The notes under the pieces: generated by a model
Database searches by the model: none
Told to the model about the DNA's origin: nothing
The model's input: only the letters and a program-made list of their open reading frames with translations
Translations under genes and position numbers: made by a program
Virus record (IMG/VR): IMGVR_UViG_3300032220_000699
Location: 1 to 64,000 of that record
Direction: 5' to 3' (one strand)
Origin: a virus
DNA length: 64,000 bases
In this document: one piece after another, positions 30,233-39,590 of the stretch
How positions within the stretch are numbered: position 1 is the first letter of the stretch
Layout: the number at the start of each line of letters is the position of its first letter

Positions 30233-30433
30233 TTAAGCCATGGCTTTAACCTTCATACCCAGTAGACTCTTCAACCGATCACTGATGTTCGGGTTACGAA
30301 TCATAATGTTACGCTGAAGCCATTGGTAATTATTACCACTAGCCGTTACAGAACGACGAAATTCCGGAATGTCAATCTTCTTATCGCCCAAGAGGGTGTT
30401 CAGTTCTTCCAATTCCGCAGCGTTAAGTTTCAC
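30233..30433 (-). CDS. Small hypothetical protein
   Basis: 66 aa, GTG start with AAGGAG RBS, coupled to the upstream stop. Confidence 0.7.
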   Translation of the reverse strand: MKLNAAELEELNTLLGDKKIDIPEFRRSVTASGNNYQWLQRNIMIRNPNISDRLKSLLGMKVKAMA

Positions 30434-30435
30434 TT

Positions 30436-31065
30436 TTACTCCTTGTTAAACTTCACAGGTTGGTCTGACTTCAAGGTAAAATCGAAATCGCATGTCTTAA
30501 GGAACCAATCCATTGCGTCCCAAGTGTTTCTAATCTGAGACTTCTTGAAATGATCTAACTCTTGATCACCTATTTGGAGATCTTCGAGATAATGCTTAAC
30601 AGTCCAACCATCTTCAGTTGGAATCAAAGCACCGTCCATAACTCTTCGATAATTATAATCAGCTTCCCCGACAGTCTTGCCAGAGATATTTACATAACTT
30701 CCAGAATAACCATCAAGATTCTGATCAATGTACATCTGCTTGATTTGCGGATGTGCCATAACCCAACGTTGCATTGTCAGGTTAGCATTCTGAAGCTGTT
30801 GAAAACTCAGAAGCTCTTGATAGTAGTTGTCGATAACAACTAACCCACTATCCTGAAGTTTATTCAGAATACCGTATTGAGTTAATTTGTCATTGATGTA
30901 ATTATAACTTGTACTCATAGCGTTATAAACACGCTGGCTAAATTCATTAAATGCTTGCGGCATCGCTTGCATTTGATTATATAGATAATTACTTATGACG
31001 TTGGATTTATCCCCGTAGAGGACGAGATCCAAACCTGCTTCTGGAACGTTAACAACTATTCCCAC
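30436..31065 (-). CDS. Conserved Chimalliviridae-type protein (possibly phiKZ gp59-like)
   Basis: 209 aa, GGAGGTGA RBS, LTMQRWVMAHP...Y..VMDG motif, located downstream of nvRNAP beta'. Orthology is recalled, not searched. Confidence 0.6.
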   Translation of the reverse strand: MGIVVNVPEAGLDLVLYGDKSNVISNYLYNQMQAMPQAFNEFSQRVYNAMSTSYNYINDKLTQYGILNKLQDSGLVVIDNYYQELLSFQQLQNANLTMQRWVMAHPQIKQMYIDQNLDGYSGSYVNISGKTVGEADYNYRRVMDGALIPTEDGWTVKHYLEDLQIGDQELDHFKKSQIRNTWDAMDWFLKTCDFDFTLKSDQPVKFNKE

Positions 31066-31105
31066 AGAGTATCACCTCCTTTAAATGTTGAGTGACAAGG
31101 GACAG

Positions 31106-31120
31106 GTAATATATATGTAC
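31106..31120 (-). promoter_or_regulatory. Putative early promoter motif (GTACATATATATTAC)
   Basis: One of six or seven copies of G.(T/C/A)ACATATATA.TA upstream of minus-strand genes; contains TATTAC, the phiKZ early motif. Confidence 0.6.
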
Positions 31121-31153
31121 TCAAAACAATTCCTGTTGAAATATAAAATAACT

Positions 31154-31179
31154 AGAGACCCGCATTGCTACGGGTCTCT
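31154..31179 (-). terminator. Intrinsic terminator
   Basis: AGAGACCCG stem with GCAA loop on the minus strand, right after the nvRNAP stop. Confidence 0.75.
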
Positions 31180-31183
31180 TATA

Positions 31184-32614
31184 TCAACTATTCATCCAAT
31201 TGGATAAAGTACTGATAATAGTCTTTGGTAACTTGATGTTACTACTGAATTCATTCGGACCACCAAGGGTCAGGATGTTATGGTGCGGTTCGAAGTTATG
31301 CAGATTCCTCAAAACCTTTTCAGTTAATACCAAAGACAAATTCAATTCGTCACCATCATAATCCGAGTTAAAGCTGGGACCAATAAGGTAACTCATACTG
31401 ATCGTATTGTCGCCTGTGTCAATCTTGACACGGGTGATTCGAACACTTTGAATAGAACCACGATGCAGAGACGGATTACGGTTAAACAGACAACGAAGTC
31501 CATTACCAGATGCCGCAATGATCTCATGGAAGATTTCATCAAGAACAGGAGTATAAATCCTGTTATGATATTGTAAGAAGTTCGTTGCTTGCTTGTAAGT
31601 ATACTTACGAACATACAGACGATTCAGAATGTGTTCACGGAGAAGCGTGCAAGCAATACTCCATGGAATATAGATCTCATCATAGTCATGGGGACCAGAG
31701 ATACTACTAATCACAGCTCGAGCTGTGAAATGACAACGAGTCGACGCGATATGCTGACGATTAAGTCCAGGTTTGCTGAACATAACGTTCTTCATATAGG
31801 ACGCATAGAACTCAGACAAGTCGATTAGACTGTTTGCGACCTTAGCTTGTTTAACAACAGAAGGCTTTGTATAGAGATCGATACCAGTTAACCGACGAAT
31901 AACGTTAATTGGGTTCAACAGACTCTTGTCAATAAACTTACCTAACTCATTACTCTCCATCGCAAAGATGATGCGATTAGGAAACGGTAGATAGTTACTA
32001 AAGATACGATCTCGATTTCTCATCAAGAACTCATAGAAGTTAAACTCGTCAATGCTTGGTTTCTCTTTGACGAATTCGGTCTCAAGAATCTCAATGATCT
32101 TGAAGAAGTTTTGTACGAAGCTATTATAGCCACGTTTGATATTATTTTGTTCGAGCAGGAAATCTAGTTTTTCTAGCTGATCAATATTCTTACGATTCAT
32201 ACGTTTATCGAACTTAAAGTTCGGAAGCATGATATACTTGATCAACTGTACATTTGGTTTTGTGATCTTGTAACGATTCAGAAGAATGTTCAAGACTTGT
32301 GGCGAGATAAACTGTTCAACTTCTTGTGGCTTAGCAGCCCAAAGCAAGAAGGATATGTTGTCATCCAGATTAGATGAGACGTGTGTACCACACTTATGGC
32401 AAACTTCACCAATATAATAAGCACCCTTCAGGTCACCACAGTTACATGACGGGATAATAGATAGATTGTCTTCCGAATAATTCTTAAGAATGATCGAGTC
32501 AAGCTTTTCTTTGTTTTCGGTATTGAAAACATCCTCATGGTTAATAAGGATCTTAGGTGACTTGATTCGATTATAGATTGTATCAAAGTTTATCAACTTG
32601 AGTGTAACTGGCAC
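31184..32614 (-). CDS. Non-virion RNA polymerase beta' N-terminal subunit (phiKZ gp55-like)
   Basis: Zn-binding C.CG..C..C, RAVIS, NRNPSLHR and catalytic NSDYDGD; lies next to chimallin. Confidence 0.88.
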   Translation of the reverse strand: MPVTLKLINFDTIYNRIKSPKILINHEDVFNTENKEKLDSIILKNYSEDNLSIIPSCNCGDLKGAYYIGEVCHKCGTHVSSNLDDNISFLLWAAKPQEVEQFISPQVLNILLNRYKITKPNVQLIKYIMLPNFKFDKRMNRKNIDQLEKLDFLLEQNNIKRGYNSFVQNFFKIIEILETEFVKEKPSIDEFNFYEFLMRNRDRIFSNYLPFPNRIIFAMESNELGKFIDKSLLNPINVIRRLTGIDLYTKPSVVKQAKVANSLIDLSEFYASYMKNVMFSKPGLNRQHIASTRCHFTARAVISSISGPHDYDEIYIPWSIACTLLREHILNRLYVRKYTYKQATNFLQYHNRIYTPVLDEIFHEIIAASGNGLRCLFNRNPSLHRGSIQSVRITRVKIDTGDNTISMSYLIGPSFNSDYDGDELNLSLVLTEKVLRNLHNFEPHHNILTLGGPNEFSSNIKLPKTIISTLSNWMNS

Positions 32615-32668
32615 AGATCACTCCTTTCTGAAAATCACGATATTCACCTATCCAGTTTTTTATTAATA

Positions 32669-32923
32669 TTAATCATTGCCAAGAATAATGTTACTTATCT
32701 TCTTTAACCAATCTGGAAATTGTTCCAGTTCAGTGATATTAGTTATATGTTCATTAGCTATAGAGTTTATTTCATCCTGAAGTCTTGACCAGTGTATATG
32801 ATCAAGCTCAGGTGCAGAAAACTGTTTGGATGAAATAATAGAGTCTAACTCTTTGGTGGATAAACCTTGTTCCTCAAAGATAGGTTTTAATTTATTAATT
32901 ACATCAATGACATTACGACCCAT
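32669..32923 (-). CDS. Hypothetical protein
   Basis: 84 aa, AAGGAG RBS, putative early motif at 32948-32962. Confidence 0.7.
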   Translation of the reverse strand: MGRNVIDVINKLKPIFEEQGLSTKELDSIISSKQFSAPELDHIHWSRLQDEINSIANEHITNITELEQFPDWLKKISNIILGND

Positions 32924-33020
32924 AGAAATCTCCTTATATGCTACACATACTATATATGTGACTGTTTTAATTCTGGATGCAATAATAAGACTACCTACGA
33001 TTTACGTAGGTAGTCAATAT

Positions 33021-33197
33021 TTATTGTGTTTTTTTGTTACGATAATCGTACCGCATTTTGAGAATTATACATGAAGCACCCATTAAAATAGCTCCAGAGA
33101 AAAATCCTAACCAAAATGCTTCTAACCTCATTGCTTCTAGCCCAATAAGAGCGAGTCCATAAGGTTTTGATTCATACATCCAACCAGGTAATTCCAT
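33021..33197 (-). CDS. Small membrane protein (58 aa), below the ORF-track cut-off
   Basis: Translated by hand: MELPGWMYESKPYGLALIGLEAMRLEAFWLGFFSGAILMGASCIILKMRYDYRNKKTQ; strong GGGAGG RBS. Confidence 0.7.
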   Translation of the reverse strand: MELPGWMYESKPYGLALIGLEAMRLEAFWLGFFSGAILMGASCIILKMRYDYRNKKTQ

Positions 33198-33239
33198 GTT
33201 ACCTCCCTTTCCAATACCTCAATATATGAAAAAAGAAAA

Positions 33240-33259
33240 GCAGACCCCGAAGGGTCTGC
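33240..33259 (-). terminator. Intrinsic terminator after phuZ
   Basis: GCAGACCC stem with TTCG loop and U-tract on the minus strand. Confidence 0.8.
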
Positions 33260-33267
33260 GTATCTTT

Positions 33268-34185
33268 TTACAGAACTACATCATCAGAATTGGAATTACT
33301 AACTTCCAGTTCCTTAAACTTGTTGATCTTCTTGTTGTCTTGAAGATCCTTGATTTCGCGTTCCATTTCTTCAACGATAATAGACAGCTTACCAAGGATA
33401 TTGTCAACACGAATATCTTCATTCTTGTATTGCGGATCGGTGACAACACAAGTAGACAGGTATTCCGGAACAACCGGCTTAATGGTCGAATGCTTATCGG
33501 TCGTCAGCAAAATACTGCTAACAATCGTTGTATTCTTTTCCGGATTAATAGTTTCGTTTTCATTGACTTCAAGGATCGAAACGGTTGGGGAATTATCCGT
33601 AACACGATCGAAGTTAATGAAATTAGTAAGATCAGTCGTATCGAATTCTTCTGTATGCTGCTTATTCACCAGCAGGGAAAGAAGATTGATGAACCAGACA
33701 GCCTTGTTATCGCTTTCTTTGCGATTGCTGTTTTCGATATAGAAAATGCTGATGGCTTTCTTGATACCATCGGAGATAGACTTGTAAGTCTTGAAAGTCT
33801 TAATCGTGTTGTCCAGTTCCTTAACGGAGTGCTTGGAATCGATTGCGATAACGATCGTATTGTGACCTTGACGAATCAATTCTTTTGCAACCAGCGGAGC
33901 GATAATGCTACCAGAACCACCGGACAACGAAGACACGACAACGTTCAGAGAAGGAGAAGGTTTGAATTTGATAACGACATCACCAGCGATGTCTTTGAAA
34001 TGTTCATAGGTCTTAGAACGATCTTTGCCTGCGCCGTCGATATTTTCGAGGACGAAGATATTGTCAGACTTCACACCCTTGAGGTTAGAGGTCGACGTGT
34101 CGATATAGTTGACTTCGATATCGAGGTCAGAAATTTGTTTTGCAATGTTACTACCACAACCGCCACAAGCGAATACAGAGATCAT
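33268..34185 (-). CDS. phuZ: Phage tubulin PhuZ
   Basis: VFACGGCGSNI, YIDTS, GAGKDR, SLSGGSGS (tubulin signature) and D..D.TNF; short acidic tail ending DDVVL; 305 aa. Confidence 0.92.
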   Translation of the reverse strand: MISVFACGGCGSNIAKQISDLDIEVNYIDTSTSNLKGVKSDNIFVLENIDGAGKDRSKTYEHFKDIAGDVVIKFKPSPSLNVVVSSLSGGSGSIIAPLVAKELIRQGHNTIVIAIDSKHSVKELDNTIKTFKTYKSISDGIKKAISIFYIENSNRKESDNKAVWFINLLSLLVNKQHTEEFDTTDLTNFINFDRVTDNSPTVSILEVNENETINPEKNTTIVSSILLTTDKHSTIKPVVPEYLSTCVVTDPQYKNEDIRVDNILGKLSIIVEEMEREIKDLQDNKKINKFKELEVSNSNSDDVVL

Positions 34186-34251
34186 CTAAAGCTCCTGAGG
34201 AAAAAGGTTCTCACCTAATGTTTGTTTTAACCAAGACCAAAAATAAAAACA

Positions 34252-34275
34252 ACCGGAGAGGAAATCCCCTCCGGT
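34252..34275 (-). terminator. Intrinsic terminator between chmA and phuZ
   Basis: ACCGGAG..CTCCGGT stem followed by a U-tract on the minus strand. Confidence 0.75.
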
Positions 34276-34292
34276 CATTTTGATAACGCCTA

Positions 34293-36137
34293 TTAGTACT
34301 GACGGTTGTAACCCTGCGGCATACCGAAGAAGCTGCCGTACATGTTGGAAGCACCCAGAACGCGAGCATCCTGGCCAAGCATAGCGCCAGTGAAGTCTGC
34401 AGTCGAACGACGCTGGAACATATCGTTCGTGGCACCCATGTTGCTGAACAGCGGGCTGAAGCCGACATTACGCAGAGCACCCAGCAGTTGCATCAGGAAC
34501 GGCGAGCTGAAGATCAGGCGGTCATAGTACTGCTTGTAGACGGCCGACTTGTTGCTCATTTCGTCCAGATACTTCTTACGCTCGGCGCAACGCAGCTCGT
34601 TCGGAATGCTGGTGTTGTACAGAGTGTTGGTGTACTGAGCGATCAGTGCAGGCGACTGATTGGTATCAGCGATAAAGTTTGCAAAGCCCAGGTAGGAATT
34701 CAGGTGACGAATATCCTTGTAACCACCGTTTGCCGACTTGTAGAAACCACCGTGGATCTTGTTGGTGATGCTGTCGAACATCTGGAAGTTACCGCCCTGG
34801 AAGGAACCATTGGTCATGGTGTTGATGTAATCCATCACACGACCGAAAGCATCCTTGGAGTTGCGGAACTTGATATAGGGCAGAGCGGACATGAACCAGG
34901 TTTCCGGACCAGCCTTGGGGACATCGATCGACACCAGGATGTTCGGACGAACCAAACGCTGGATGTAGTTGTTCAGATCGATCACGGAGAAGGTCTTGTC
35001 CTTCGTGTTGATCTTCTTGCCGAAACCAGTCTGGTTCAGCTCGATGTTGCCTTCGACGTTCAGGCCGCCGATATCGTTGAAGTCGATTTCATTCTTCTTA
35101 CCCGGAGTCGGACGGAAAGCCTGCATCCAGTTCATATCTTCATTCAGCGCGAAGACAGAAGCCACGCCGAGGAACATGATATCCGGAGTCGGAGCAACCT
35201 TGGATTCGATGTGGGTAATAACGAAGTTCGGAACAAACTTCTGGCTACCAACCATGCCGTTGACCATCGTCGGCGACCATTCGAAATCGATGTAACCATA
35301 GGTCTTCACGATGTCGAAAGCGTCATCACCTTGATTGATGGAACGCTGGTTCTGGCTGGTGTTCATCTTGTACGACAGAGCGATACACACGTCTTGACGA
35401 ACCGGCATACCGGTCTGGTCGAAGAACTGAGCATCTTCCTGGTTGAAGTACATGTTGATGAAGAACTTGCCATTGCGATTGTTGTTGATCAGCTCAGCCA
35501 GATTAACACCCTTGTAGTCATTCACACGGATGTTGATTTCCGAGTGCGTGGCGTTGAAGGTATTCTGGATCAGATCGTTCACCATAGCTTCGCTGGTGAC
35601 ATCGAATTCGTTCGGCACCAGGGTACCGTCGGTAACGATGACGGTGGACACATCAACCTTGAGGGCGTCAGCGACCGCAGCAGCAGCTTGAGAAACATAC
35701 TTGTCGTCGAGTGCGTCTGCCGGAGTACGAGTGATTTCGTAACGAGTACCGGCAACGGTTTCGATGAGCTTTTCCGGATAATCACCGGTCTTTTCGACCA
35801 TGAGGATATGTGCAGCAGTAACGCCGTTAAACGTTTCGGCGATAACGATTGCAGAGTAGTTCAGACCAGCATTCTGCTTCAGAAGCTTGACGGCAGCATA
35901 GGTTTCTTCCGTTTTGACTTCTTCATTCAGGAACTTGATCTTCTTGGAGATGTTTTCGTACAGCTTTTCGAACTGCTCACCGCCGGAACCAAATGCCGAC
36001 AGACGAGTTTGAAGACCGAATACCGGCATGAAAGCAGCGCCGGCTTGTTGAGTGGGTTGTGCAGCAGCAGCCGGAGCAGCGGATTGTTGTGCAGCGGCAG
36101 CCTTCTTGGTACCGGTGGAAGTAGCGTTAACGCTCAT
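34293..36137 (-). CDS. chmA: Chimallin, phage nuclear shell protein
   Basis: 614 aa with extreme high-expression codon bias, a disordered Ala/Gln N-tail, and LNYSAIV, YG(Y/F)IDF, FVPNFVIT, RP and PETW motifs; positioned between a gp52-like gene and nvRNAP beta'. Confidence 0.85.
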   Translation of the reverse strand: MSVNATSTGTKKAAAAQQSAAPAAAAQPTQQAGAAFMPVFGLQTRLSAFGSGGEQFEKLYENISKKIKFLNEEVKTEETYAAVKLLKQNAGLNYSAIVIAETFNGVTAAHILMVEKTGDYPEKLIETVAGTRYEITRTPADALDDKYVSQAAAAVADALKVDVSTVIVTDGTLVPNEFDVTSEAMVNDLIQNTFNATHSEINIRVNDYKGVNLAELINNNRNGKFFINMYFNQEDAQFFDQTGMPVRQDVCIALSYKMNTSQNQRSINQGDDAFDIVKTYGYIDFEWSPTMVNGMVGSQKFVPNFVITHIESKVAPTPDIMFLGVASVFALNEDMNWMQAFRPTPGKKNEIDFNDIGGLNVEGNIELNQTGFGKKINTKDKTFSVIDLNNYIQRLVRPNILVSIDVPKAGPETWFMSALPYIKFRNSKDAFGRVMDYINTMTNGSFQGGNFQMFDSITNKIHGGFYKSANGGYKDIRHLNSYLGFANFIADTNQSPALIAQYTNTLYNTSIPNELRCAERKKYLDEMSNKSAVYKQYYDRLIFSSPFLMQLLGALRNVGFSPLFSNMGATNDMFQRRSTADFTGAMLGQDARVLGASNMYGSFFGMPQGYNRQY

Positions 36138-36261
36138 GTGAAACTCCTTCTTCTGTTTGATGGATGTGAAAAATTCGATGTCTCTAAGTCAGCTACAGGC
36201 GATCACCTGTAACTTTCTCACTCTATATGAATAATAGTAATTTTTTAATATTTGAAATTGA

Positions 36262-36744
36262 TTAATGCAGAAAAGGAATCAATCGTTTCAAACTGAATTT
36301 ACGAGCAATAAACTTGGTCTTTCTTTTATTGATGTAATCACGATAAGCTGAATTCACATGGATATGAACCGCCTCCAACCCAAATTTCTTCTTGAGATCC
36401 TCCGGGATATAAATGATACTACCGTTGAAGATAATGATTTTCCCCCGATGCGCTGCTGTGAGATTCACATAACGAATCAGAATGGACTTTTGTTCCTCGG
36501 CTAATTCAGCCGAAGACTTAATGATCACAAGATCATAATAATAATCAATCTTGCTATAACTCAGAATCTGTTTGATTTGAGTAATATAATCGATGTAAGT
36601 ACCGTTTTTAGTTCGAGCGATATTGCCGAACACAAATTCAGACAGCTGAGTAGACAACGTGTCTCCACGCATAAACTGCTCAGTTAAATTTTCTATATCC
36701 GAAACAACGGTATTGTTGGTTACTAATGCCTCCGGATAAAACAT
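36262..36744 (-). CDS. Hypothetical protein upstream of chmA
   Basis: 160 aa, AAAGGAG RBS, putative early motif at 36777-36791. Confidence 0.7.
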   Translation of the reverse strand: MFYPEALVTNNTVVSDIENLTEQFMRGDTLSTQLSEFVFGNIARTKNGTYIDYITQIKQILSYSKIDYYYDLVIIKSSAELAEEQKSILIRYVNLTAAHRGKIIIFNGSIIYIPEDLKKKFGLEAVHIHVNSAYRDYINKRKTKFIARKFSLKRLIPFLH

Positions 36745-36846
36745 GTTTAAAAGCTCCTTTGTAGTTTAACTACAGATACTATATATGCGGTTATTTCTCT
36801 TTCCAATGCAGATTTTATAAATAGTGTATTAAAATAAATATCTTCT

Positions 36847-36856
36847 ATTTTTTGAC
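36847..36856 (+). promoter_or_regulatory. Putative late promoter motif ATTTTTTGAC
   Basis: One of seven exact ATTTTTTGA copies 20-35 nt upstream of start codons. Confidence 0.55.
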
Positions 36857-36877
36857 TATGAATTAAGGAAAGATATA

Positions 36878-37984
36878 ATGCTATATCTGGATATCTTCAA
36901 CCGGGATTATATTAATCGAACTCCGATAACCGGTATCGTACATCCAACTGACCTAAGTTATTTACGTCGTTTGTACATTTTTAATAAAGATGCAATCGAG
37001 CGTTATTACCAAGAAAGGAATTTTGCTGTTAAGAACACCCATATTCTTAGCAGAATCCTAGAACACTTCCCTACCTATATTCAATACGATACATTCCGTT
37101 ATATTGACTACGCTTTAGATAAACTAAAGTACCTAGCCAAGCATTTTCAATTTACAAGCGATATTGAAAAAGGTACTGTACATCCTGGTAATTTCTTCGG
37201 GAATGAAAACGAAGAGATTATTATAGCAAGTTATGAACTATTTGATGTCAGTGAACTAACACGTAATTGGCAACAAGCTAAAACAGTTTATACGTTAACA
37301 CATAATCGGAACGACCATAAGTTACTACTTCCGTTAGGAACAGACGACGAAAGTAAATCAGGACTTTGCAGTCTAATGATTAATATACCTAAACTTGCAG
37401 TTCAGTATCGTGAGTTTAATAAGCAACAAGCCCGTCATGAAGCCGGACAAGTTGAAGATGGAAGTTTAGTTTTAAATAAGAATCACTTTGTTATTAAATA
37501 TGTGATTAGTAACATGATGGACGATGTTATTGATCATATGTTTCTGAATAAGATCATTGACAAGTTTTATGGTATTGAAACACAGCAGCCTAAGTTTAAG
37601 CATCGTTTCAAGATCTTTGAACCCAATCTTCAGATAGAACGTTATGTCGAACAAACACTTGATGTTATCACAAGTAAGAGTTTAGACTTTATAAATATCT
37701 TACATAATATCCATTTAATGTTTAAGATTGATGCAAGTGAATTACTTGCTCTTCCTAACATTGGTTATACAAATCAGATCAAGTGGGCACTTTTTATTAG
37801 TCGTCTTGATTACATGATATTCTTGTACGATGTAGCAAAGAATAAATCTGGCAATAAACATTATATTAATGACTGGAAACGTTTAGCTAAACGAATCGAA
37901 AGAGACGGTCGATTAAACGATATGTTCAGTTATGAAACTGAAAAAGATATTAAAGAGAAGTTGTATAGAATTTCACAAATGTAA
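36878..37984 (+). CDS. Conserved protein (phiKZ gp52-like)
   Basis: 368 aa, divergent from the chmA block; VKN.HIL.RIL motif recalled from phiKZ-like phages. Confidence 0.6.
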   Translation: MLYLDIFNRDYINRTPITGIVHPTDLSYLRRLYIFNKDAIERYYQERNFAVKNTHILSRILEHFPTYIQYDTFRYIDYALDKLKYLAKHFQFTSDIEKGTVHPGNFFGNENEEIIIASYELFDVSELTRNWQQAKTVYTLTHNRNDHKLLLPLGTDDESKSGLCSLMINIPKLAVQYREFNKQQARHEAGQVEDGSLVLNKNHFVIKYVISNMMDDVIDHMFLNKIIDKFYGIETQQPKFKHRFKIFEPNLQIERYVEQTLDVITSKSLDFINILHNIHLMFKIDASELLALPNIGYTNQIKWALFISRLDYMIFLYDVAKNKSGNKHYINDWKRLAKRIERDGRLNDMFSYETEKDIKEKLYRISQM

Positions 37985-38016
37985 CTATCTGGCTACCTGT
38001 TTGGTAGCCAGATAGT
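37984..38016. terminator. Terminator between convergent genes
   Basis: 14-bp perfect stem. Confidence 0.8.
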
Positions 38017-38199
38017 TTATCTTACAACAATCGGATCTTTTCTTTGAAGAGTAGTCGTCATCTTTTTACGATGGGTCTCTTCTTTATAATCTTTACTTTC
38101 CTGGATGAATTTCTTTCTAGGACAATCTTTACAGTTTTCTTTGCAATCTTCTAAAGAACAATTAAAACATACTCTATCTGCGGCTGGTAAGTTACACAT
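38017..38199 (-). CDS. Small Cys-rich protein
   Basis: 60 aa with six Cys (C..C....C...C..C) and an AGGGG RBS. Confidence 0.55.
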   Translation of the reverse strand: MCNLPAADRVCFNCSLEDCKENCKDCPRKKFIQESKDYKEETHRKKMTTTLQRKDPIVVR

Positions 38200-38239
38200 T
38201 GCGAAAAGTCCCCTATTGGAAAATTGGATCTATGTCCAA

Positions 38240-38608
38240 TTAATTTCCATTTAAAATAGTCGCTAGTGCTCTTGCTTGATTAACTTTAGAGGTCGCAAAC
38301 ATATCTGTTAAAGTAAAATCGTACTTTGGTAGCAGACTTCTTAATTCCTCAATAAGCTCTGGATTATGAATAGCCCATTCTTTCCAAAGCTTTAGATACT
38401 CTTCCCAAAGATCCACAGATTCATTAAGAGGTGGTTTACCTTTACCTTCACTAATAGAAGGATAGCCCTTCACACCAACTTGATAATGATATTCTATTGA
38501 TTTACCATCGGGCAGTCTTGCAAAGAATGCAGAAAACCTTTTGTCACCTTTGGATGATACTTCATATCCAGGACGATGGAATCTACCCCAGTTAACAATT
38601 ACGCTCAT
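38240..38608 (-). CDS. Widespread phage hypothetical protein
   Basis: YEVSSKGDKRFSA..A.L.DG.SIE..YQ..VKGY motif recalled from other phages; function unknown. Confidence 0.65.
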   Translation of the reverse strand: MSVIVNWGRFHRPGYEVSSKGDKRFSAFFARLPDGKSIEYHYQVGVKGYPSISEGKGKPPLNESVDLWEEYLKLWKEWAIHNPELIEELRSLLPKYDFTLTDMFATSKVNQARALATILNGN

Positions 38609-38879
38609 GTTTGCCAGTCACCGTGATAATCTCTGAGATATAAGAATTGAACTTGTACTGAAAATCTTCAACCCAGCACTTAGGTTTAGTTTCATCAAAG
38701 ACCTTCAGGATGACTTTGATATCTTTACCATTTTGTTCAACACCGATTGCTAAAAATTGTTCTTCTGACAATGAATGTGAAAGTTTATCTACTTTCTTAA
38801 TAATATCATTAACAATATTTTTAGTTATAAACAAATTAATAAGATATTCTGTAAGGCTGGTAATAGTCCATTCACCCAT
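38592..38879 (-). CDS. Hypothetical protein
   Basis: 95 aa, coupled to neighbouring genes. Confidence 0.6.
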   Translation of the reverse strand: MGEWTITSLTEYLINLFITKNIVNDIIKKVDKLSHSLSEEQFLAIGVEQNGKDIKVILKVFDETKPKCWVEDFQYKFNSYISEIITVTGKHERNC

Positions 38880-38880
38880 T

Positions 38881-39069
38881 TTATTCTTTCTTTATATCGC
38901 CTGTCTTCACATCGACACGGTGCCAGTTATCAGTGCCGACTAGTTTCATTTCGAAAGTATCGTCTCTCATACAAACGGCTAACTGATTACCTTCTGCTGT
39001 TTCAAGTATAACACTGTTGAAAATTTCCTTCAATACTATATTTCGGTCTTGATCAACTGATACTTTCAT
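38881..39069 (-). CDS. Hypothetical protein
   Basis: Probable start MKVSVDQ after a GGAG RBS. Confidence 0.6.
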   Translation of the reverse strand: MKVSVDQDRNIVLKEIFNSVILETAEGNQLAVCMRDDTFEMKLVGTDNWHRVDVKTGDIKKE

Positions 39070-39149
39070 TTTGTGCTCCAATGTAAACGTTATCAAACTA
39101 ATTAAAGACAGAATTAAAAAATTGTTTGACTTTATCGAAAGGATTTGAA

Positions 39150-39587
39150 ATGCCTACCTTCTTATTGAAAAAATACGACTCTGCTCCCACGGAAAACGTT
39201 AATCAAGAAAATCCGGAACAACCTTCTGAAAAGAAAGAAGAACAAGTTCCTGAGACAATGACTATCACTGTGTCTGGTTCTATCTCTCAGATTGTCGCTA
39301 CTGCTCTAAATAAAGTTCTTGAGAATACAGATGTTCAAGTAGAACAAACTGATTCTGAAGATCAGAACGCTGACGTGAAAGCTATTTCCACTGAAAATAT
39401 CAATGAAGAACCAGTTGATACACTCAGAAATATTCACGATAATGACTTTGTGTTTATTCACACACAAGGGTTTACAACTGCACAGGAAGAATGGTTCTTG
39501 ACAAATATGGCTAATAAAACCAACAAGGTTGTTTATACGTTGGAAAGCTTTATTAACCATGTTAAAGCACACTTTAAGCTGGGTTAA
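39150..39587 (+). CDS. Probable head protein with acidic propeptide
   Basis: ATG at 39150 after AAAGGA; acidic region ending at an S-T-E motif (prohead-protease-like site). Confidence 0.6.
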   Translation: MPTFLLKKYDSAPTENVNQENPEQPSEKKEEQVPETMTITVSGSISQIVATALNKVLENTDVQVEQTDSEDQNADVKAISTENINEEPVDTLRNIHDNDFVFIHTQGFTTAQEEWFLTNMANKTNKVVYTLESFINHVKAHFKLG

Positions 39588-39590
39588 ACC

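Noticed and set aside
33268-34185. Host FtsZ or bacterial chromosome origin of the window
   Set aside because: The protein is short and divergent with a PhuZ-like tail, and its context is split RNAPs, terminase and chimallin, with no cellular housekeeping operons.
34488-36212. 574-aa plus-strand ORF antisense to chmA (also 33196..34218, 53074..54036, 54042..54839)
   Set aside because: These are shadow ORFs: the strongly biased sense genes avoid TTA/CTA/TCA codons, which removes antisense stops. They have no recognisable motifs or dedicated signals.
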